A DNA stretch of 64,000 nucleotides from NCBI GenBank assembly GCA_021821785.1, contig JAKACD010000004.1:1102-65101 (forward strand). Direction: 5' to 3'. Shown in pieces: positions 8,731 to 16,277 of the stretch. The notes beneath the pieces were generated by a model, which saw nothing but the letters and a program-made list of their open reading frames with translations, searched no databases and was not told the origin of the DNA. The first letter of the stretch is position 1, and every line of letters starts with the position of its first letter. Source of the DNA: Thermoplasmata archaeon (GTDB lineage Archaea > Thermoplasmatota > Thermoplasmata > Lutacidiplasmatales > UBA184). The position numbers and the translations under genes are program-made.

Positions 8731-9846
8731 GTGCGGGCGATCGTGGTCCGTCCCCCCGGGGCCGGCGCCGAGCTCCGCAACGATGTTCCCCCGGCCCCGC
8801 TCACGGAGGGCGCGGTACGGGTCGAGGTTCTCGAATGCGGGGTCTGCGGGACCGACCATGACATCGTCGACGGCAAGTACGGCCGGGCCCCGGCCGGGTC
8901 GCCGTACCTGATCCTCGGGCACGAGAACCTCGGCACGGTCCGAGAGGTCGGGCCGGGCGTCGTCGGCTTCGCGCCGGGCGACCTCGTGGTCGCGACGGTG
9001 CGCCGCGGCTGCGGCCGGTGCCGGTTCTGCCGGTCGAACCGCTCGGACTTCTGCGAGACCGGGATGTTCACGGAGCGGGGCATCGGCGGCGCCCACGGCT
9101 ACATGGCCGAGGAGTACGTCGAGCTCCCCGAGTACCTCGTCAAGGTGCCCCCGACCCTGCGCCCGGTCGCGGTGCTGCTCGAGCCGCTCAGCGTGGTCGA
9201 GAAGGCGATCTTCCAGGGCCAGCGGGTGCTCGACCGGAAGGAACCGACCCCCGGCGAGCCGAAAACGGAGGTCCCGACCGCCCTCGTCACGGGCACCGGG
9301 GCGATCGGGATGCTCGCTTCGTTCGTGCTCACGGTGCGCGGCTACCGCGTGACCGCGATCGATCGCCACGGGGAGGAGACGCTCGCCGCCGGCTTGCTCG
9401 GCGGCATCGGGGCCCGCCACGTGAACGTCGCGGGCGGCCTCGCCGCGATCGGCCCCCACTCCCGGTTCGATCTGGTGATCGAGGCGAGCGGATCGGCGGT
9501 CCTCGATTTCTCGCTCATCGAGTATCTCGGGCCGAACGGAGTGCTCGTCCTCACGGGGATCCCGGATGCGGGCGGGGAGCCGTCGCGGGTGCCGGGCGGG
9601 CAGCTCTTCCGGGACGTCGTGCTCGGCAACCAGGCGCTCGTCGGGTCGGTGAACGCGAACCGGACGTACTTCGAGGCCGGGCTGCGCGACCTCACGGTCA
9701 TCGAGGAGCGCTGGCCGGGCCGGCTCGGCCGAATGATCGAGGCCCGACGCCCGCTCGAGGAGTTCGCCGCGGTCCTCTCCCGTCGGGTCGGCGGGACCAT
9801 CAAGACGGTCCTCACGGTGCGACCGGGCGGCGCCGCCGCGCCCTAA
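8731..9846 (+). CDS. zinc-dependent glucose 1-dehydrogenase-like MDR dehydrogenase
   Basis: CGVCGTDHD, LILGHENLG and the VRRGCGRCRFCRSNRSDFC structural zinc site, plus EYLVKVP, LLEPLSVVEKA and a C-terminal TIKTVLTV. Overall it resembles archaeal GDH (Thermoplasma/Sulfolobus type). Confidence 0.75.
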   Translation: MRAIVVRPPGAGAELRNDVPPAPLTEGAVRVEVLECGVCGTDHDIVDGKYGRAPAGSPYLILGHENLGTVREVGPGVVGFAPGDLVVATVRRGCGRCRFCRSNRSDFCETGMFTERGIGGAHGYMAEEYVELPEYLVKVPPTLRPVAVLLEPLSVVEKAIFQGQRVLDRKEPTPGEPKTEVPTALVTGTGAIGMLASFVLTVRGYRVTAIDRHGEETLAAGLLGGIGARHVNVAGGLAAIGPHSRFDLVIEASGSAVLDFSLIEYLGPNGVLVLTGIPDAGGEPSRVPGGQLFRDVVLGNQALVGSVNANRTYFEAGLRDLTVIEERWPGRLGRMIEARRPLEEFAAVLSRRVGGTIKTVLTVRPGGAAAP

Positions 9847-9885
9847 AACTCAAATAGGCCACGCCGCTCGCACCGACCCTCGTTC

Positions 9886-9891
9886 GGAGGT
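9886..9891 (+). promoter_or_regulatory. Shine-Dalgarno-like GGAGGT before rps8e
   Basis: GGAGGT lies 3 nt before the ATG at 9895. An AT island (TAAAACTCAAATAG, 9844-9857) lies further upstream. Confidence 0.4.
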
Positions 9892-9894
9892 CCA

Positions 9895-10290
9895 ATGGGG
9901 ATCTGGCAGGGGCGATCACGAAGGAAGCGCACGGGCGGCCGCCTTCGGCCGATCCGCAAGAAGCGCCGCTTCGAGATCGGCCGCGAGCTCCAGCAGGCCA
10001 CCGTCGGACCGGGGACCGTCAAGCAGTACCGCGTGCGCGGGCACAACGTGAAGCTGCGCATCCTCACGACCCAGACGATCAACGTCTTCGACCCGGCGAC
10101 GAAGAAGATGCAGGCGGCGAAGGTCATCACCGTCCGCGAGAACCCGTCGAACCCGAACTACGTTCAACGGAACATCATCACCAAGGGCGCCATCCTCGAG
10201 ACCGACGTCGGCCTCGTCCGAGTGCGGTCCCGGCCCGGCCAGGACGGCGTGCTGAACGGGGTCCGCGTGAGCGCCCCGGCGACGGCCTAG
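9895..10290 (+). CDS. rps8e: 30S ribosomal protein S8e
   Basis: MGIWQGRSRRKRTGG...NPNYVQRNIITKGAI is typical eS8. Confidence 0.95.
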   Translation: MGIWQGRSRRKRTGGRLRPIRKKRRFEIGRELQQATVGPGTVKQYRVRGHNVKLRILTTQTINVFDPATKKMQAAKVITVRENPSNPNYVQRNIITKGAILETDVGLVRVRSRPGQDGVLNGVRVSAPATA

Positions 10291-10312
10291 GGGCCGACGC
10301 GCCGCCCCTCCG

Positions 10313-10612
10313 ATGCCGGACCACTTCTACGTCTATCCCGCCTACCTCACCCGGGGATCGCCCCGCGGTGCGGGACGACGGATCCCCGACTCCGCCGCGG
10401 TGAAGGACGTCACGGCCGACGAGATCCTCCGCGCGGCGAAGCGAATGGGGTACCGGGCGGAGGTCGAGGCCGAGAAGCAGTATCCCCGGGACGTTCCTCG
10501 CGCCCTCGGTCGGGTCAAGGTGATGAAGCGCGAAGGCATCTCGAAGGCGAAGTTCCTGCGCCAGCTGGCCGCCGAGCTGCCGAAGGTCCGACCCCCGGGA
10601 GGTCCGCATTAG
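10313..10612 (+). CDS. srp19: signal recognition particle protein SRP19
   Basis: The FYVYPAYL...GRRIP opening and ~99 aa size are typical of archaeal SRP19. Confidence 0.9.
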   Translation: MPDHFYVYPAYLTRGSPRGAGRRIPDSAAVKDVTADEILRAAKRMGYRAEVEAEKQYPRDVPRALGRVKVMKREGISKAKFLRQLAAELPKVRPPGGPH

Positions 10613-11404
10613 ATGGAGGAACCGGGTACGATCTACTTCACCGGCACCGCCGGCGCCGGGAAGTCCACGCTCGTCCGCGCCTTCGCCGACTGGATGAAGT
10701 CGGTCGGCTACGAGGCGACCGTCGTCAATCTCGACCCCGGCAGCGAGGCCGGCGAGGACGGGTTCGACATCGACATCCGGGAGTGGGTGCGGCTCGCCGA
10801 CATCCAGGACGAGTACGGCCTCGGCCCGAACGGCGCGCAGGTCGCCGCGGCCGACATGATCGCGCTCAAGATCTTCGACGTGAAGCAGGCGGTCCAGGAG
10901 CTGAAGTCGGACTACGTCCTGGTCGACACGCCGGGCCAGATCGAGCTGTTCGCGTTCCGCGAGGCGTCGAAGGCGATCGTGGATGCGCTCAGCGGCGACC
11001 GCTCCGCCCTCGCCTTCCTCTTCGACCCCGCGCTCGCGCGGACGCCGGGCGGGTTCGTCTCCCTCCTGATGCTGAGCGCGACGCTCGAGTTCCGCTTCCG
11101 CTTGCCGATCGTGAACGTCCTCGCCAAGGCGGACGTACTGACCGCGGAACAGGCGACGGAGGTCCTCGCCTGGTCGGAAGAGCCGGGGCAGCTGTACGAA
11201 GCGGTCACGCGCGACGCACCGACCCCGGACGTTCAATTGTCGACCGAGCTGTTCCGCGCGATCGAGATCATGGGACCGCTCGGTGCCCTCCTCTCGACCT
11301 CGGCGAAGGAAGGGACGGGGCTCGAGGCGTTCTACCAGTCGTGCCAGCGGATCTTCGGAGGCGGCGAGGACCTCGAGCCGTCCCAGGCGCCGGCCAACGA
11401 CTGA
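10613..11404 (+). CDS. GPN-loop GTPase (PAB0955/Npa3 family)
   Basis: P-loop GTAGAGKST, GPN motif YGLGPNGA, and VDTPGQIELF. Confidence 0.9.
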   Translation: MEEPGTIYFTGTAGAGKSTLVRAFADWMKSVGYEATVVNLDPGSEAGEDGFDIDIREWVRLADIQDEYGLGPNGAQVAAADMIALKIFDVKQAVQELKSDYVLVDTPGQIELFAFREASKAIVDALSGDRSALAFLFDPALARTPGGFVSLLMLSATLEFRFRLPIVNVLAKADVLTAEQATEVLAWSEEPGQLYEAVTRDAPTPDVQLSTELFRAIEIMGPLGALLSTSAKEGTGLEAFYQSCQRIFGGGEDLEPSQAPAND

Positions 11405-11417
11405 CCGTCGCGGCGGC

Positions 11418-11720
11418 TCACTCTTCGGTGAAGAACAGGCCCATCCCGACGGACGCGGCGTCCTGTTCCTCCTTGAACCGCCGGTAGATCGCGTCGGCGT
11501 CGGCGGCCGGAACGGGCGGGGCGACCGGCCCGAGCAGTTCGCTCGCGCGGCGGGTCCCCTCGGAGGAGCCTTCGATGAGCACGTAGAGATGGTCGGCCGG
11601 ACCGCCGAGCGTCGCGGCCTCCCGCACCGTCTGGCTCTGGCGCGAGACCAGGTCGTCCTTGAGGACGGTGTCGAGCTCGCTGCGCTTTTCCCTCGGGACC
11701 GAGAAGACCATCCAGGTCAT
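11418..11720 (-). CDS. small acidic hypothetical protein (100 aa) with P-stalk-like C-terminal tail
   Basis: This is the C-terminal 100 codons of the 11418..12173 ORF, starting at the ATG that does not overlap TraB. GC3 bias is strong. The protein ends ...EEQDAASVGMGLFFTEE. Confidence 0.6.
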   Translation of the reverse strand: MTWMVFSVPREKRSELDTVLKDDLVSRQSQTVREAATLGGPADHLYVLIEGSSEGTRRASELLGPVAPPVPAADADAIYRRFKEEQDAASVGMGLFFTEE

Positions 11721-11802
11721 GCAGCGGGGCGACCCCGCCGCCGTATTTGGGGGTTTGCGGCCCGGGGCGAATCCAGAAATGCGGCCGTCGTCTGGCCGCG
11801 GC

Positions 11803-12519
11803 ATGTACTCGAGCACGGTCGAGGCGCCGGTCCTGCTCATCGGGACCGCGCACGTCGTCGACCTTGCCGAGCCGCTGCGGCGGACCCTCGCGGCCCGGCC
11901 GCTCGACGGGGTCGCGGTCGAGCTCGACCCCGAGCGGATCGAGTCGTTGCTCGCGCCGGGCGCCGAGCGGCGGAAGCCCACCGGGGCGCCCCTCTTCGCG
12001 CGGCTCTGGTCGATCCTCCAGCGCCGGCTCGGAGCGGAGATCGGCGGAGGCCCGCCGGGGGCCGAGATGCGGGCGGCCGCGGCCTTCGCCCAGGAGCGCT
12101 CGATCCCCCTGTTCCTCATCGACGACCCGCTGCGGCTGACCCTCCTCCATCTCGTCCGGGCGATGCCGTTCAAGGAGCGCGTGACACTGGTCGTGGGCTC
12201 GATCGTGGGGCTCTTCGTTCCCGCACGGGTCGTGGAGCGGGAGATGGACCGCTACGTCGAGTCGCCCGAGGAGTACGCCGCGGAGCTCCGGTCGGCGAGC
12301 CCGACGATCGCGCGGGTCCTGCTCGACGAGCGGAACGAGCACATGGCCGACCGTCTCCTGGGCCTGCGGCGGGGCGGCTACGGGCGGCTCGCGGCGGTGG
12401 TCGGAGATGCCCACGTCACGGGCCTCGCGAGCGCCCTCGGACGGCGGGGCGTGCCGGTCGAGACCGTGCCGTTCCGCACGCTCCGGGCGGCTACAGCACC
12501 CGGACCGCGCTCTTCGTGA
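11803..12519 (+). CDS. TraB/Tiki-family protein (canonical motifs)
   Basis: LLIGTAHV (GTxH) near the N-terminus and AAVVGDAHV (GxxH) near the C-terminus. ERNEHMA block. The start could also be the ATG at 11779. Confidence 0.8.
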   Translation: MYSSTVEAPVLLIGTAHVVDLAEPLRRTLAARPLDGVAVELDPERIESLLAPGAERRKPTGAPLFARLWSILQRRLGAEIGGGPPGAEMRAAAAFAQERSIPLFLIDDPLRLTLLHLVRAMPFKERVTLVVGSIVGLFVPARVVEREMDRYVESPEEYAAELRSASPTIARVLLDERNEHMADRLLGLRRGGYGRLAAVVGDAHVTGLASALGRRGVPVETVPFRTLRAATAPGPRSS

Positions 12520-13360
12520 CCCGGTCGATCGCCGCGAGGAACGCGTCGGCGAACTGGCCCAGCTCCGGTGCGGTGTGCTCCTCGATCCGGCCCGCGTCCG
12601 CGAGCTCGGAGATCACCGGGACGACCGGGAGCTGCCCGATCACGGGGATGCCGTACTCCTCTCCGATCCGGTCCACGCGGCTCTCGCCGAAGAGCGCGAT
12701 CCGCTCGTGGCAGTGGGGGCACTCCAGCCAGGCCATGTTGTCGACCAGGCCGAGCAGGGGAACGTGGAGGTCCCGGGCCATGTTCATCGCCTTCTTCACG
12801 ATGAGCGCGGCCAGTTGTTGCGGCGTGAGCACGAAGACCATGCCGTCGATCGGGATCGTCTGGAAGACCGTGAGCGGCACGTCGCTCGTTCCGGGCGGCA
12901 TGTCGATCAGGAGGTAATCGAGCGCTCCCCAGTTCGTCCCTCCGAAGAACTGAGTGATGAGCCGCGTGACGAGGGGGCCCCGCCAGATGACCGGGGTCTG
13001 CTCGTCCTCGACCATGAACTGGGAGCTCACGACCTCGATCCCCCCTCGGGAGACCGCGGGCTCGATCCCCTCGCCCCGGTCCGCGAGCGGTCCGGTCATG
13101 CCGAGGAGCTTCGGGATCGACGGACCGGTGATGTCGGCGTCGAGGATCCCCACAGAGAGGCCCCGTCGCTGGAGCTCGGCCGCGAGGAGCGCCGTCACCG
13201 ACGACTTCCCCACGCCGCCCTTCCCGCTCCCGACAGCGACGACATGGCGGATCTGGCCCTTGTCGAGCCGCTGGAGGGGTCCCCGGGGCGCCGCGTGGCC
13301 CGCGTGGGGGGGCGGCGAGGAGGTCGGTGCCCCCGTGACCGGGCGCTCGTCCGGCGTCAT
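12491..13360 (-). CDS. apbC: Mrp/NBP35/ApbC-family iron-sulfur cluster carrier ATPase
   Basis: Deviant Walker A SGKGGVGKS, DMPPGTSD and the CPHC cluster-ligand motif. The ATG at 13360 was chosen, with the TATA island 26 nt upstream. Confidence 0.9.
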   Translation of the reverse strand: MTPDERPVTGAPTSSPPPHAGHAAPRGPLQRLDKGQIRHVVAVGSGKGGVGKSSVTALLAAELQRRGLSVGILDADITGPSIPKLLGMTGPLADRGEGIEPAVSRGGIEVVSSQFMVEDEQTPVIWRGPLVTRLITQFFGGTNWGALDYLLIDMPPGTSDVPLTVFQTIPIDGMVFVLTPQQLAALIVKKAMNMARDLHVPLLGLVDNMAWLECPHCHERIALFGESRVDRIGEEYGIPVIGQLPVVPVISELADAGRIEEHTAPELGQFADAFLAAIDRVTKSAVRVL

Positions 13361-13380
13361 ATCGGTTCGGACGGGAGCGT

Positions 13381-13390
13381 TTCTATATAA
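13381..13390. promoter_or_regulatory. TATA box-like element in divergent intergenic region (apbC / acd)
   Basis: TTCTATATAA is the only AT-rich element in the 67-nt spacer. It lies about 26 nt from the minus-strand ATG (13360) and about 42 nt from the plus-strand ATG (13428). Confidence 0.5.
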
Positions 13391-13427
13391 CGGGCCCGAC
13401 GTCCGAGGGGCCGGAGGTAGTGTAGCG

Positions 13428-15563
13428 ATGGTCGTCGGGCGATCTCGGGAGTTGGATGAGCTGTTCCGACCGGCCTCCGTCGCGGTGATCGGCGCCTCGA
13501 ACACCCCGGGCAAGGTCGGCACGAGCCTCTTCCGGAACATCCTCCAGGCCGGCTTCCGCGGCGTCGCCTACCCGGTGAACCCCTCCTGGAAGAGCGTCTC
13601 AGGGGTCCGATGCTATCCGGGCGTCGAGGACCTCCCGGAGGCGCCGGACCTCGGGGTCGTCATCGTCCCGGCGCCGGCCGTCCCGGACGTGGTCGATCAG
13701 CTCGGGAAGATCGGCACCCGGGGGCTGGTGATCATCAGCGCCGGCTTCCGCGAGGTCGGCGGGGCCGGGCTCGCCCTGGAACAAGAGGTCGTCCGTCGGG
13801 CGCAGCGCTATTCGATGTCGCTCGTGGGGCCGAACTGCTTTGGGGTGCTGAACACGCACCCCGACGTGAGCCTGAACGCCACGTTCAGCGAGAACCTTCC
13901 GAGCCGGGGGAACATCGCGTTCGTCTCGCAGAGCGGCGCGCTCTGCGCGGGGATCCTGGCGTACGGGGTCGCGGAGCGGATCGGGTTCTCCCGGTTCGTC
14001 TCGGTGGGGAACCGCGCGGGCATCGACGAGAACGACCTGCTCCATTCGCTGGGGAAGGACCCGGCGACCCGCGTGATCCTCCTCTATGTCGAAAGCCTCG
14101 CCAACGGCCGCAAGTTCCTCGAGGCCGCCCGCGAGGTGACGGAGCAGAAGCCGGTCCTCGTGATCAAGAGCGGTCGGACCGCGGCCGGCGAACGGGCCGC
14201 CCGGAGCCATACCGGTTCGCTCGCCCAGTCCGGGCGCGACCAGCTCTACGATGCCCTCTTCGAGCAGTCGGGCGTGCTCCGGGCCGACACGCTCGGCGAC
14301 CTCTTCCGGATGGCGAAGATCTTTGCGTCGAGCCTCCGGCTCGACGGTCCCCGCCTCGCGATCCTCACGAACTCGGGCGGGCCGGGGATCGTCGCGGCCG
14401 ACGCCGCGATCCGCAACGGGCTCGAGCTGCCGGCGCCGTCCGATTCGGCCCGGGCCGAGCTCGCGCTCCGCCTCCCGAAGATCGCCGCGTTGTCGAACCC
14501 GCTCGACATGACGGCCGATGTCGGCGCCGACCAGTATCGCGAGACGCTCCGCACGCTGTTGGCGAACCCCGAGGTCGACGGCGCGCTCGTGATCGCCACC
14601 CCGACGGGAACGATGACCGGCGAGCTGGTCGCCCAGGCGATCCTCGACGCGAAACGCTCGAGCGAGAAGGCGATCGTCGCCTGTCTCTTCGGCCTCACCG
14701 ACCTCTCCCACGAGGTCGAGTTCCTCGAAGGCCAGGGGGTGCCGACGTTCACCTTCCCCGAGGAGGCGATCCAGGGTCTCGGGAGCCTCGCGCGCTTCCA
14801 TGCGTGGCGGACCCGCCCGCGCACGGAGTACCGGACGTTCCCTGTGGAGGAAGCCGTGGTGCGCCAGACGCTCGCCGAGTCGCAGAGCGCCGGGGTCACG
14901 GTGTTGCCCGAATACGCCGCCCGCTCCCTCCTGAGCGCCTACGGCATCTCCTTCCCGAAGGTCGTGCGCGTCACCCGCGTGGACGAGGCGGTCCGCGCGG
15001 CCGACGGGATCGGCTACCCGGTCGTGCTGAAGGTCGCCTCGCCCGACATCTCCCACAAGACGGACGTCGGCGGTGTCGCGGTCGGCATCGAGGACGGCGA
15101 GCAACTGCGCGGAGCGTGGGAGCGCATGGAGCGGTCGGTGAAGTCCGCCGCCCCCACCGCCCGGGTCGAAGGGTTCGAGGTGGAGGCGCAGATCCAGGGC
15201 GGCAAGGAGGTCCTGGTGGGGGTGCAGCGCGACCCCGACTTCGGTCCGATCGTCGTCTTCGGAATGGGGGGGATCTACGTCGAGGTCCTCCGCGACGTGA
15301 CGTTCCGCCTCGCCCCCGTCCGTCCGCTCTCGGTCCAGCGGATGGTCGAGTCGATCAAGTCCTTCGCTCTCCTCAAGGGCGTGCGGGGCGAGGCGCCGAG
15401 CGACCTCGACGCGCTCGAGGAGGCGATCGAACGGATCAGCCAGCTCGCGACCGACCTGCCGCAGGTCGTCGAGCTCGACCTGAACCCCTTGATCGTCCGG
15501 CCGAAGGGCCAGGGCGTGGTCGCGGTCGACGCACGGGTCGTGCTCGCTCCGTCTTCCAAATAG
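13428..15563 (+). CDS. acd: ADP-forming acetyl-CoA synthetase (fused alpha-beta, NDP-forming acyl-CoA synthetase)
   Basis: CoA-binding N-terminus SVAVIGASNTPGKVG, GPNCFGV, the phosphohistidine segment RSHTGSLA, and a C-terminal ATP-grasp region. The ATG at 13428 was chosen because the longer ORF is antisense to apbC. Confidence 0.9.
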   Translation: MVVGRSRELDELFRPASVAVIGASNTPGKVGTSLFRNILQAGFRGVAYPVNPSWKSVSGVRCYPGVEDLPEAPDLGVVIVPAPAVPDVVDQLGKIGTRGLVIISAGFREVGGAGLALEQEVVRRAQRYSMSLVGPNCFGVLNTHPDVSLNATFSENLPSRGNIAFVSQSGALCAGILAYGVAERIGFSRFVSVGNRAGIDENDLLHSLGKDPATRVILLYVESLANGRKFLEAAREVTEQKPVLVIKSGRTAAGERAARSHTGSLAQSGRDQLYDALFEQSGVLRADTLGDLFRMAKIFASSLRLDGPRLAILTNSGGPGIVAADAAIRNGLELPAPSDSARAELALRLPKIAALSNPLDMTADVGADQYRETLRTLLANPEVDGALVIATPTGTMTGELVAQAILDAKRSSEKAIVACLFGLTDLSHEVEFLEGQGVPTFTFPEEAIQGLGSLARFHAWRTRPRTEYRTFPVEEAVVRQTLAESQSAGVTVLPEYAARSLLSAYGISFPKVVRVTRVDEAVRAADGIGYPVVLKVASPDISHKTDVGGVAVGIEDGEQLRGAWERMERSVKSAAPTARVEGFEVEAQIQGGKEVLVGVQRDPDFGPIVVFGMGGIYVEVLRDVTFRLAPVRPLSVQRMVESIKSFALLKGVRGEAPSDLDALEEAIERISQLATDLPQVVELDLNPLIVRPKGQGVVAVDARVVLAPSSK

Positions 15564-15921
15564 GAACCGCGACCTTCAGCCGCTCGATCAGGAATCGCGC
15601 GGCGTCGAACGCGGCGGCACGGTGGCTGCAGGCGGCGCCCACGATCACCGCGACCTCGCCCACCCGGAGCCGGCCCACCCGGTGCCAGAGCACCACCCGA
15701 TCGGTCCGGAACCGGCGGCGGGCCTCCGTCTCGATCGCGCGGAGCGCCCGAGTCGCGAGCGGCTCGTGGGCCTCGTAGAGGAGGGCGACGACCCGTCCCC
15801 CCGGGCCCCGGTCGGGGCGGACCCGCCCCGCGAAGAGGGTGACCCCGCCGAGACCCGGGCCTTCCAGTTCGCGCATCGCCGCGTCGACGCGCAGCGGCTC
15901 GTCCGTCAGGCGGACCGACAT
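15436..15921 (-). CDS. moaE: molybdopterin synthase catalytic subunit MoaE (with ~40-aa basic C-terminal extension)
   Basis: GAVTLFAGRVR-like block GGVTLFAGRVR, YEAHEPLA, VAVIVGAACSHRAAAF and VPIWKTE. The reading frame stays open for 128 nt into the convergent acd gene. Confidence 0.85.
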   Translation of the reverse strand: MSVRLTDEPLRVDAAMRELEGPGLGGVTLFAGRVRPDRGPGGRVVALLYEAHEPLATRALRAIETEARRRFRTDRVVLWHRVGRLRVGEVAVIVGAACSHRAAAFDAARFLIERLKVAVPIWKTERARPVRRPRPRPGPSAGRSRGSGRARRPAAGRSRAG

Positions 15922-15923
15922 CC

Positions 15924-16190
15924 CTACCCCCCTCCATAGGGAGGGTGGACCGCGAACTCGTCGCCCGGGCGGAGCCGGGTCTCGAGGTCGTCGAGATACC
16001 CTCCGTTGCGCACGAAGCGGCAGGTGGCCAAGGTGGGCCTGAGGCGCGGGAACTTCGCCCCGATCGCGGCGACGAGCGCCGCCGCGGTCAGCCCCCCCGG
16101 GGGGATGGGCCAGGCGAGCTCGCCGCGACCCACCGCTTCGCGGGCCGAGGCGAACAGGAGCACGGTCACGCTCCCCGTCGGTCGGTTCAT
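15924..16190 (-). CDS. moaD: molybdopterin synthase sulfur carrier MoaD (ubiquitin-like, C-terminal GG)
   Basis: An 88-aa tail of the long ORF. TVLLFASAREAVG...GDEFAVHPPYGGG is the typical beta-grasp ending in Gly-Gly. It lies immediately upstream of moaE. Confidence 0.8.
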   Translation of the reverse strand: MNRPTGSVTVLLFASAREAVGRGELAWPIPPGGLTAAALVAAIGAKFPRLRPTLATCRFVRNGGYLDDLETRLRPGDEFAVHPPYGGG

Positions 16191-16243
16191 CCACGGTGCC
16201 GAGCACGCCGGTGTAGAAAAACCGTCTCGTGGTCGCCCGGGCC

Positions 16244-16256
16244 AATCGATTAATAC
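16244..16256 (+). promoter_or_regulatory. TATA-like element for korA
   Basis: AATCGATTAATAC is centred about 26 nt upstream of the ATG at 16278. A second island (TAGAAAAA, 16214-16221) lies about 27 nt from the minus-strand moaD start. Confidence 0.45.
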
Positions 16257-16277
16257 GCTCGGACGCTGAAACGACGC

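Noticed and set aside
12951-12965. A C/D-box sRNA candidate from a TGATGA motif (also at about 29528).
   Set aside because: Both occurrences lie inside strongly supported coding regions (apbC, polB), without a matching CTGA D box and terminal stem at the right spacing.
12954-13427. The N-terminal 158 codons of the 869-aa acd ORF.
   Set aside because: This stretch is antisense to the well-supported apbC gene and has no CoA-ligase similarity. The ATG at 13428 follows a TATA box and begins the conserved CoA-binding domain.
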